Shown: in pieces, positions 48,161-58,258 of the stretch
How the letters are laid out: every line of letters begins with the position of its first letter
Position numbering within the stretch: position 1 is the stretch's first letter
From: Candidatus Pelagibacterales bacterium
GTDB taxonomy: Bacteria > Pseudomonadota > Alphaproteobacteria > Pelagibacterales > Pelagibacteraceae
Direction: 5' to 3'
DNA: 64,000 nucleotides
Assembly: GCA_965235815.1 (NCBI GenBank)
Contig: CBDDZE010000004.1
Location: 55,750 to 119,749 of the forward strand
The notes under the pieces: model-generated
Told to the model about the DNA's origin: nothing
Seen by the model: the letters and a program-made list of their open reading frames with translations, nothing else
The model's database searches: none
Position numbers and translations under genes: made by a program

Positions 48161-49208
48161 TTATTTAAATAATTTAGAAAAACTCCTTTTAGGTCTATTT
48201 TTCCAGTAGCCTCTATGAAATGCATCGCTTGCTATAAGAGGTATAACGCTAGTTGCTTCAGCAAAAACCATTTGCTCTCTTGCTGTATCTACTTTTCCCC
48301 ATGAGCTCGCTTCTTTTAATGTAGAAGAACTGCACGCTCCATCTCTAACGTCAGCAACAGTAATTTGTATAGCGTATTTATGCATATCAACTTCTTTTCC
48401 TAAAAGTTCGGCACATATTACTGTGTCCTGAATATAGTTTTTAGGAACGCCACCACCGATCATTAATAAACCTGAAGTTTTTGATTTAATTTTAATTTCA
48501 GTAAGTTCTCTAAAATCCCTTACAGAGTCAATTGTTAAATGTTTTTCTGGATTTCTTTCTTGGTGCATTACCAAACCAAATCCGGCACTAGAATCTACAA
48601 AAGCAGGACAGAATATTGGCACATCATTTTCGTAAGCAAGCTGAATTAAAGATTCTTTCTTCTTTGAATGTTTTGTTAAATATTTTCCCATTTCTTTTAT
48701 GAATTCACGAGAAGTATAAGGTCTAGGTTCTAATTGATCTGCTATTTCGCCAACCGTCTTATCGCATGCTTGTAGTTGGTCTTCATCAATGTAGGTGTCG
48801 TATATTCTATCGATATAATGTTCTCTTAACACATTGTCATTTTGGAATTGAGATCCTTGGTAATGTTTAAAGCCTAGCGCTTCAAAGAAATCCATATCAA
48901 CAATAGATGCTCCTGTTGAAACGATAGCATCAACCATGTTGTTTTTAACTAGATCAGTATAAACTTTCATACATCCCGCAGCAGAAGTTGATCCTGCTAA
49001 AGTTAAGAAAAATAGTGCAGTTTTTATCGTTTAACATTTCGTTATAGATTTGCGCCGCATTGGCTGTTTCTCTAGATGTAAAAGACATCTTAGCCATAGC
49101 ATCTATGATGGGCCTTGCATCAAAAGAGGTAATGTCTATGTGCTCTATAGCTTTACTTAAAAAAGTAGATTTGTTGTGACCTATAGTTGGATTTGAGGAT
49201 TTGTTCAT
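48161..49208 (-). CDS. Deoxyhypusine-synthase-like protein (candidate homospermidine-pathway aminobutyltransferase), one extra T near 49010
   Basis: IDRIYD, PAFVDSS, GGGVPKN, EASSWGK (catalytic Lys position); removing one T restores TIFLTLAGS. Confidence 0.9.
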
Positions 49209-50398
49209 TAAGCAACAAGATAATTGCTTTTATATTCCTCGTCCTGTTCATTTTGGTAAACAGACATTATTGGTTTATCGTCAATTTCAAAAATATCATC
49301 TGAGTAAAAACCATTAAATTTAGTTCTAAAAGTTAAGCCGTAACTTCCTAATTGTCCAATCTCGATATAATCGCCTTCTTTTAAATTATTTGGCAACATG
49401 TAAGGACCTTTCATGAAATCCATACTATCACAAGTTGGTCCGTAGAAATTGAAAGGAGTGAAACGTCTGCTTAAATCTTTTCCCGTATCGATAACTTTTG
49501 TTGGGAAAATAAAATTTGGAAATCCTGCATCAAATAAAGATCCATAAGTTCCATCATTAATATAAAGACTTTGTTTTTTTCTAAGTTCAACTTTAACAAT
49601 GGTTGAACCACTTTCTGCAACAATAGCTCTTCCTGGTTCGCAAATTAATTCTGGTTGTTTGGGTAGATTTAATTTGTTTACTGCTTTTTTAATTTCTTCC
49701 ATGTAGTTTTCTAATGGTTGAGGATATAAATCTGGATACTTAGATGGGAATCCTCCGCCTACATTAATAATGTCAGGAGTAATTCCTGATTTTGTAATTA
49801 TATTTCCAATTTCTTTAATTCCTTTTGAATAAGATACAGGATGCATACACTGCGAGCCAACGTGGAAACTTACTCCAAGTTTTTTAACAAGTGGTCTTAC
49901 TAATTTTATTAATCCAATAGCTTCAGCAGAAGAAGCTCCAAATTTTTTTGAAAGATCAATTTCAGAATGTTCGTTCGAAACAAATATTCTTAAATATAAA
50001 GTTAAATCTTTTGCATCTTTAGTTGCTTCAAAAATTTTAATTAATTCATCTTTTGTATCGAAAGAAAAATCTCTCACACCATAATTAAAATATGCTTCTT
50101 CAATACTCTTTCTATTTTTTACTGTGTGCATGAAATAAAGTTTTGCATCTTTTACAATCGACTTAACTAATTTAATTTCTTCTAGAGAGGCTACATCAAA
50201 ATTTGAAATTCTATTTTGATAGATATGTTTGATAACGTTTTTGTGAGGATTTGTTTTTACAGCGTATAGGGGTTTCCCCGGAAAATTATTTACAAAAAAA
50301 TTGCAAGCCAGCTTTATACTTTCTGGGCGAATACAATATACAGGATTTACTGGCTGAAGCTCTCTGACTAAGTCAGAAACAGAATTAAACTTTTTCAA
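49208..50398 (-). CDS. Fold-type III PLP decarboxylase (ODC-like; substrate possibly arginine)
   Basis: YAVKTN (PLP Lys), SFHVGSQ, GGGFP, EPGR, GPTCDSMD; 396 aa; TTG start. Confidence 0.9.
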   Translation of the reverse strand: MKKFNSVSDLVRELQPVNPVYCIRPESIKLACNFFVNNFPGKPLYAVKTNPHKNVIKHIYQNRISNFDVASLEEIKLVKSIVKDAKLYFMHTVKNRKSIEEAYFNYGVRDFSFDTKDELIKIFEATKDAKDLTLYLRIFVSNEHSEIDLSKKFGASSAEAIGLIKLVRPLVKKLGVSFHVGSQCMHPVSYSKGIKEIGNIITKSGITPDIINVGGGFPSKYPDLYPQPLENYMEEIKKAVNKLNLPKQPELICEPGRAIVAESGSTIVKVELRKKQSLYINDGTYGSLFDAGFPNFIFPTKVIDTGKDLSRRFTPFNFYGPTCDSMDFMKGPYMLPNNLKEGDYIEIGQLGSYGLTFRTKFNGFYSDDIFEIDDKPIMSVYQNEQDEEYKSNYLVA

Positions 50399-50500
50399 TT
50401 CTTGTTATGTCCTTTTGTTAAAAATTATTAATTTAATTAACTCTTGATTCGTGAATTAGGGTAAATTTTTATTTCTGTAAAGTATTTATTTTAGGTAAGA

Positions 50501-50580
50501 GAAATTTTTTTCATAGCGTGACCTTAGCTTGAGATCGGGTTCGGGAAGGACTATAGTCGGGTCACGATGAATAAAATTTT
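50501..50580 (+). promoter_or_regulatory. Candidate structured RNA overlapping the regA start codon
   Basis: CGTGACC(50517-23) pairs with GGTCACG(50560-66), TCAT with ATGA, and the stem extends through AAATTTT/AAAATTT; internal palindrome GACTATAGTC. Confidence 0.55.
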
Positions 50581-51133
50581 AAACTCAAAAGTGAATCTAG
50601 AGCAGTTCGAGAACAAATCTTTGCTCATAGTGGACGATGACGATCCATTTCGAAACAGGCTTTCAAAAGCCATGGAAAATAAAGGTTTTTTTGTTACCTC
50701 AGCTTCTGGCGTTGCTGAGGCGATCCAAAAAGTTAAAGCTTCACCCCCAACTTTTGCCATCATAGACCTTAGACTGAACGATGGGAGCGGTCTGGATGTT
50801 GTTAAAGAGATCCACAAGGTCAAAGCTGACAGTAGAATTATAGTTTTAACCGGCTACGGAAACATTCCAACGGCTGTTGCGGCGGTTAAATCGGGAGCCA
50901 TAGACTACCTTGCTAAGCCAGCTGATGCTGAGGATTTGGAGGCCGCTTTATTGGCAGATAAAGATAAGAAAGCAACTCCTCCAGAGAATCCAATGTCGGC
51001 TGATAGGGTAAAATGGGAACATATTCAGAGAGTATTTGAATTATGTGACCGAAATGTTTCTGAGACGGCCAGAAGACTTAAAATGCACAGAAGAACCCTT
51101 CAAAGAATACTTTCGAAAAGATCCCCAAAATAA
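50567..51133 (+). CDS. regA: RegA/ActR/PrrA response regulator
   Basis: LTGYGNIPTAVAAVK, PMSADRVKWEHIQRV, NVSETARRLKMHRRTLQRIL. Confidence 0.97.
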   Translation: MNKILNSKVNLEQFENKSLLIVDDDDPFRNRLSKAMENKGFFVTSASGVAEAIQKVKASPPTFAIIDLRLNDGSGLDVVKEIHKVKADSRIIVLTGYGNIPTAVAAVKSGAIDYLAKPADAEDLEAALLADKDKKATPPENPMSADRVKWEHIQRVFELCDRNVSETARRLKMHRRTLQRILSKRSPK

Positions 51134-51559
51134 CTAATTATTTTTACAAGATCTAAAATAAGTATTCTGTATTAATATTCTTTTGTTTGGACCTGTTATT
51201 AAGTGATCTATCTTAAATAAATTATTATTTATCACCCTCAAGTATGTTTTGTAGGTATCTTTTTTACAAAAGTACCAAGAAACAAGATTCTCTTTGAAGT
51301 TGTTATTAAATTTTTGATAAATTTTATTTTTTTTATCACCTAGTAAAAAGTAAAATTTTATAAAATTCTTATTTTCAACGATATCAAACTTTTGATAGCC
51401 AGAGATTGGATTCTCATTACTTTTTTTGTGGATAAAGCTTTTTTCTTCATAATGAAAGTTATTTAATTTTTTAGATTTTAAAGACACTAAACCTTCGCCT
51501 AAAAAGCCATTTGATATTTTTTTTTTTAAATACCAAGAACCTAAAAGGTTTTTGAACAT
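51134..51559 (-). CDS. Hypothetical protein, DUF6314-like
   Basis: LLGSWYLKKKI start, CKKDTY and ITGPNK near the end; family recalled from memory, not searched. Confidence 0.55.
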   Translation of the reverse strand: MFKNLLGSWYLKKKISNGFLGEGLVSLKSKKLNNFHYEEKSFIHKKSNENPISGYQKFDIVENKNFIKFYFLLGDKKNKIYQKFNNNFKENLVSWYFCKKDTYKTYLRVINNNLFKIDHLITGPNKRILIQNTYFRSCKNN

Positions 51560-51580
51560 TTATAATTAGATATTAAGAAT

Positions 51581-52154
51581 TTAAGATTTTATATATTTTT
51601 TTAACTTAAAAATATGTGGAATTAACAATGCAAGCAAAGTTATTTTAAATAATTCAGCAAATATAAAAGGAACAACTCCTAATTTGATAATAGAATCATT
51701 CCAGCCAAATATTGTACCAAGCCAAATAACTCCCAATACATAAGTTGGGATAATTGCGATTATTAATTTTGTAATTCTTGTTAAAATTTTATCTTCATCT
51801 TTGATATTTCCAGAAAGATATAACAGTAATAAAATATCCCATTAAGTATCCGCAAGTTGGTCCAAGTATATAACTTAATCCAACACCTTTTTCTGGAGTA
51901 CCAGCAAATACTGGAAGACCAAACAAGCCTTCTAAAAAATAAGTTGATAGTATTAAAAGACCCACTTTTTTTCCAAAAGCAACACCAATCGCCATGATTA
52001 CAAACGTCTGCATAGTCATTGGTACAGGATAAAATGGAACTTTAGTTTTTGCAGATAAAGTAATGATAAAAGTTGCAAAAACAATTACGGGTAACAACCA
52101 CATAATTTCTTTTAATAAAAAAAGTTTTTTATTTTGAATTTTGTTATTAAGCAT
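51581..52154 (-). CDS. bioY: Biotin transporter BioY, frameshift near 51820
   Basis: PVPMTMQT, GLFGLPVFAG, GPTCGYLMGY; shifted frame continues GVVPFIFAELFK. Confidence 0.92.
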
Positions 52155-53080
52155 TTTTTTTTGTCAGTTTTAAAAAAACATCTTCTAAGTCAGCATCTTC
52201 TGTTAAAATATCCAAAATTTCAATATTTTTTTCTTTAACTTCAGATATAATTTCTTCAATTTTATTCTCATTTTTATTATAGGTAACGCTAATAAGGTCA
52301 GGTTTTGGATAGTTAATTATAAGACCGGACTTGAGTTTTTCTCCAATATTTTTAGGAACCTTTAATTTAAAAATTATTTTTTTTGTTAAGTATATTATTT
52401 AGTAAATTTTCAGTTTTATCTAATGCTATTAACTCACCATTATTAATAATTGCAATCCGGTCACACAATTGCTGGGCTTCTTGCAGGTAGTGAGTTGTTA
52501 AAATAATAGTTACACCTTGCTTGTTAAGCTGCTGAATATTTTCCAAAAGTTGTTGTCTAAGATCTACATCAACACCAGCTGTAGGTTCATCTAGAATTAA
52601 AATAGGGGGACGGTGAACGAGAGCTTTTGCAACTAATAATCTTCTCTTCATTCCTCCAGATAAACTTCGAGCATAGGAATCTGCTTTGTCTTGAAGCATG
52701 GTGATTTCTAAAATTTTATCTGTGATTCTTTCGCTTTCTTTTATTCCATACATGCCTGCTTGAATTTCGAGTAATTTTCTTGGAGAAAAAAAGGGATCTA
52801 GATTTGTTTCTTGAGGAACTATTCCAATAGAGCTTCTTACCTCCCTAGAATTTTTATCAAGATCAAAGTTCCACACCTTTACTGAACCAGAGGATTTTAT
52901 AACTGTTCCTGCAAGAATATTTATAAATGTAGATTTACCAGCACCGTTTGGTCCTAATAAACCAAATATTTCTCCTTTATTAACATTTAAATTAATATTT
53001 TTTAAAGCGTGGATTGTATTTTGTTTTGTTTTAAATTGTTTTGAAAGATTAGTAATTTCAAGTGCTAAAAAATTTTCCAT
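52147..53080 (-). CDS. ABC-2-type transporter ATP-binding protein, frameshift near 52380
   Basis: GPNGAGKS, LSGGMKRR, LDEPTAGVD, TTHY; C-terminus DADLEDVFLKL in the shifted frame. Confidence 0.92.
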
Positions 53081-53128
53081 TAATATTATGTAATATAATT
53101 TTTCTATTTATAAGATAATATTTATTTA

Positions 53129-55925
53129 ATGACCAATTCTAAAAAAACAGACCTTCTTTATCTAATTGATGGTTCTGGTTATATTTTTAGAGCTTTTTAT
53201 GCTTTACCACCACTTACAAGAAAAAGCGATGGAATGCCAGTAGGTGCAGTAAGTGGGTTTTGCAATATGATTTACAAATTTCTAGAAGATTCAAAATCAA
53301 AAAATGATCATGAAAAACCAACTCATATAGCCGTTATATTTGATACTGCTAGAAAAAATTTTAGAAATAATATTTATCCAGAATACAAAGCAAATAGAAG
53401 TGAAACTCCAGAAGACTTAATACCTCAATTTAGTTTTATACGTGAAGCCGTAAAAGCTTTTAATTTACCTAGTATAGAGATGGAGAATTATGAAGCTGAT
53501 GATTTGATAGCTACATATAAAAAAGAAGCTTTAAAAAAAAATACAAGAGTTAAGATTATTTCATCTGATAAAGATTTAATGCAATTAATTGACGATCAAA
53601 CAACGCTTTTCGATTCAATGAAAAATAAAGATATTGGCATTGAAGAGGTTAAGGAAAAATTTGGCGTAACCCCAGACAAAGTTATTGAAGTTCAGGCGTT
53701 AGCAGGGGATAGCTCAGATAATATACCTGGGCGTTCCAAGCATAGGAGTTAAAACTGCCGCAGAGTTAATTAATGAATTTGGTTCAGTAGAGAACTTATT
53801 AAAGAACGTAGATAAAATTAAACAGCCAAAACGAAGACAAGCAATTTCTGACAATAAAGAAAATGCACTTATTAGTAAGAAATTAGTAACTCTAAAAGAT
53901 GACGTTCCTACAGTTGAAAAAATCGAAGATTTTATAGTTAAGGACTTAGATAAGGAAAAAATTATTTCATTTTTAAAAAAAATGGAATTTACGAGACTTT
54001 TGGAAAGAATTGAAAAAACTCATGGAGCGCAAACAGATAAACAAGATGTTTTTTTAGAAGAAACAAAACACACTATTTCCGCAGGCGCAAAAGTTTCTAG
54101 AGATAATTATAAAACAGTATTTAAATTATCTGAGTTAGAAAAAATTTTAGAAGAGGCGGAAAAAAAAGGCATTATTGTTGTTGATGTTGAGACAAATTCT
54201 TTAAATATTAGACAGGCTGATTTAGTTGGTATTTCTTTATGCGTAAAAGAGGGGAATGCTTATTACATACCTTTAAATCATTCTAATAAAGAAGATAAAC
54301 AAATTAAATCTCAGTTGGATATTGATGCTGTCATTAAAAAGATCAAGCCTTTTCTTGAGGACAAAAGTATAAAAATAATTGGACAGAATATTAAATATGA
54401 TTTTGGAATATTAAAAAAATATGGAATCCATTTAAATTCAATAGAAGACACAATGTTAATGTCTTACGTGTTAGATGCTGGAATAAATCGTCATGGAATG
54501 GATTTGCTTTCTGAGATTCATCTAAATCATAAGACGATTTCATTCAAAGATGTTGCAGGCATTGGAAAGTCGCAAGTTACTTTTGATAAGGTTCATATTG
54601 ATAAGGCAACGGAATACGCAGCTGAAGATGCTGATGTTACTTTAAGACTATATAACTTTTTTAATAATAGAATTTTTAAAGAAGAAGTATTGAAAGTTTA
54701 TCAGGAACTTGAAAAGCCAATGGTCAAAGTGTTGTCTCAGATGGAGGAAAATGGAATAAAGATTGATGAAAAAATTCTAAAAAATTTATCATTAAAATTT
54801 GAGAAAGATTTAAAAGTTCTAGAAAAGAAAATTTATGAACTTGCAGGTGAAGAGTTCAATATTGCATCTACAAAACAACTTGGCGATATTCTTTATAAAA
54901 AGCTAAAAATTGTTGGTACCAAGAAAACCAAAAAAGGCAACTACGCAACCAATGTTAATATTTTAGAGGACTTGGCCTTTAAAGGACATGATTTACCCCA
55001 ATTAATTTTAGACTGGAGGCAAAAATCTAAATTAAAAAATACTTATACTGATAGTTTACAAGAATTTATTGATCCAAAAACCAAAAGAATTCATACATCT
55101 TTTTTACTTGCGGCCACCAATACGGGCAGACTTGCATCTAGCGATCCAAATATTCAAAACATTCCAATTAAGTCAGCAGAAGGAAAGGAAATACGGTCGG
55201 CATTTATTGCTGAAAAAGGTAATTTTTTAATTTCAGCAGATTATAGTCAAATTGAAATGAGAATACTTGCGCATATGGCTGACGTGAAAGAACTTAAGAA
55301 AGGTTTTTTAAATTCTGAAGATATTCATAATATTACAGCAGCTCAAATCTTTGAAGTAAAGCATACGGAAATTAACGAAGAAATGAGAAGAAAATCAAAG
55401 GCAATTAATTTTGGAATTATTTATGGAATTTCATCATATGGTCTTGCGAAGCAAATTTCAGTTTCTAATACTGAAGCAGAATCTTTTTTAAAATCTTATT
55501 TTAAGAAATTTCCAGAAATAAAAGATTATATGAATGAAACATTAAAGAGCTGTAGAAAATATGGTTATGTAAAAACAATATTTGGTAGAAAATGTAACTT
55601 TCCAAATATTAATGACAAAAATCATACATTAAGAACTTTTCAAGAAAGAGCATCTATTAATGCTCCAATACAAGGAACTGCTGCGGATCTTCTAAGGCTT
55701 GCAATGATTAAAATAGATCAAAAAATTAAAGATCAAGACTTAAAATGTAAAATGCTTTTGCAGATTCATGATGAACTAGTGTTTGAATCTTCTGTTGATA
55801 ATATTAAAAAATCAAAAGCTGATATTGTCGAAATAATGTCAAAAGCATCAGAACCAGACTATAAATTTTCCATTCCTTTAAGCGTAGATATTAAAGAAGG
55901 ATTAAATTGGACCACTGCGCATTAA
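53129..55925 (+). CDS. polA: DNA polymerase I, frameshift near 53730
   Basis: LIDGSGYIFRAF, GDSSDNIPG, DYSQIEMR, KAINFGIIYG, QIHDEL. Confidence 0.98.
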
Positions 55926-55964
55926 AACTTTTGATTATACAAATATTATTATAAAATAATTTAT

Positions 55965-56665
55965 ATGAACAAAACAATCGCCCTAGTCGATGATGATAGA
56001 AATATCTTAACAAGCGTTTCAATGGCGCTTGAGAATGAGGGATTTAAAGTTCAAACCTACCTTGATGGTGAAAGCGCATACATCGGTATGACGCGTAATC
56101 CTCCTGATCTAGCAGTTATAGATTTAAAGATGCCCAAAATGAACGGTGAAGAATTATTAGAAAAATTAAGAAAAAAAACTTCTATACCTATAATTTTATT
56201 AACTTCCAAAGATGATGAGGTGGATGAATTATTGGGATTAAAATTAGGTGCTGACGATTACGTTAAAAAGTCAGGGGGCTTTTCTGTTAAAGTATTAATA
56301 GAGAGAATTCGTGTTCAATTCAGAAAGCTAGAACCCAAGACTGCTTCTCAACCAAAAAATATTTTAACTGTTGGAAGACTAATCTTAGATTCCGAACAAT
56401 TAGAATGTGAGTGGGGAGGAAAAGCTTTGCCCGATAAATTAACTACAACTGAATTTAAGATTATTTATGAGTTAGCAAAAAGGCCTGGAGTTGTTAAAGA
56501 AAGAGCCTATCTAATGAATATTGCCTATAAGCAGGAAAATGACATTGAAGATAGAACTATAGATAGTCATGTTAAGAGAATAAGAAAAAATTTAAAAAGA
56601 TTGATCCAAAATTTTCAGCAATTGAGACCAGATATGGAAGTGGCTATCGCTGGAATGTTAGTTAA
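55965..56665 (+). CDS. chvI: Response regulator ChvI, frameshift near 56588
   Basis: TIALVDDDRNILTSVS, DRTIDSHVKRIRK; shifted frame ends IETRYGSGYRWNVS*. Confidence 0.92.
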
Positions 56666-56670
56666 ATAGA

Positions 56671-58205
56671 ATGAAGTTTTCTGTAAATTTAAAATCTTTA
56701 TTAGCAAGATTTTTATTTATAAATTTATTTTTTTTTTCAATATTAACCTTAGCAACTTATTCTTATCTTCAGTCGATTGAACCTGAGCTTGTAGGCAATA
56801 AAAAGAAAGAGCATTCTAAACTTATTAAGAATATTGCTTTAAACATGGAGTTACAGCGTATTCCTTACAAGAGAGATAATCTTAAAATCTTTTTAGCAAA
56901 TTACAAATATTTATTACCTAATATTAATCAAATTAGAATTTATGATCTAAAGAAAGAAATTATAGTAGATACACACTCTCTAGATATAAATGCTAAACCA
57001 TTTTATAAAGTGCCAGATGTTCAAGAAAGAAAATTAACAATAGACAATATACCAGACACATCCGATCTAACTACTCAACAAGAAGAAAAGATACTTAATA
57101 AAATTATTAATGATAATTTAAGTATATTAGGATCTGACAAGGTTTTAACTTTTTCAAGAAAGATCAAAAATAATTTTGTTGTTGTTAGTTTATCTTCTCT
57201 AACTTTAAATTCTGAAAATAAAGGCTTCATTGTTATTTCGGAAGATTCAAATGACATTGAAAATGCTATCGTTGAAAGAAAAAACTTTGTTATTCGAACG
57301 GTATTAAGCGTTGCTGCAATCATATTAATTTTTTCAATATTTTTAAATGCAAATATTATTAAACCAATTAGAATTTTAGGGCGTTACGCAACCTCAGCAA
57401 GCTCTGATAACCCCGATAATAAAATTATTAACAGAATTAATTTAAGACGAGATGAAATTGGTAATTTATCAAGATCGCTATCAGGGATGACAGATAATTT
57501 ATATAAACGAATTGAATTTGCAGAAAGATTTGCATCTGATCTTACTCACGAAATTAGAAATCCATTAGCATCCTTAAAAGCAGCATCAGAGTTTTACCCA
57601 ATGCAAAAGATGCAGAAAAAAAGGCTAGGTTACTTGGAATTTTAAATGACGATGTTGTGAGAATTGAAAGATTAATCACAGACTATTCTAACATGCTAAA
57701 AGGTGAGGCTTTAGAAGCTAAATTACAATTAACCAGATTTGATTTAATTAAACTTTTAAAAAAAGTTGCAGACGAATATCAGCAGGTTATTGATAATACT
57801 AAAAAAAATATTTCAATAGAGATTAATAATTTAATTAAGAAAAAAACTTTTGTTATTGGTTTTGAAAGCAGAATTGAACAAGTTATTTCGAATATATTAG
57901 AAAATTCTATCTCATTTAGTCCTGAAAAAAGCATTCTAAGAATAAATATTGAAAGCGCGAATAATTATGCAAAAATAATTATTGCTGATGAGGGTCCTGG
58001 ATTTAACGAAAGTAATATCGGAAAAGTTTTTGAAAGATTCTATAGTAATAGACCAAAGGAAATGTTTGGTCTGCATTCTGGTTTAGGATTAAATATAGTT
58101 AAAAATATAGTTGAATCACACAAAGGTCATATTAAAGCGTATAATTTAAATGAAGAAGGAAGAAGAGGCGCCGTAGTTGAGATTGATTTGCCAATAGCAG
58201 ATTAA
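56671..58205 (+). CDS. chvG: Sensor histidine kinase ChvG, frameshift near 57595
   Basis: Two TM segments, HAMP (RRDEIGNL), HEIRNPL, FERFYSNRP, SGLGL; follows chvI. Confidence 0.9.
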
Positions 58206-58258
58206 AGTTCATAAATAAAATTGATATATCTAAGTTTTATTGTTAGTTAACTTTTTAA

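Noticed and set aside
48995-49020. +1 frameshift in the DHS-like gene (TTT CTT AAC), reminiscent of polyamine-induced antizyme frameshifting
   Set aside because: It is one extra T in a homopolymer, and about 30 unrelated genes in the window have similar indels. Worth revisiting only if conserved in relatives.
50551-50823. 90-aa antisense ORF inside regA
   Set aside because: Reads as a codon-mirror shadow of a GC-rich gene, with no recognisable motifs.
58206-58258. SAH riboswitch before ahcY
   Set aside because: The spacer is 53 bp, almost all A/T, with no recognisable motif.
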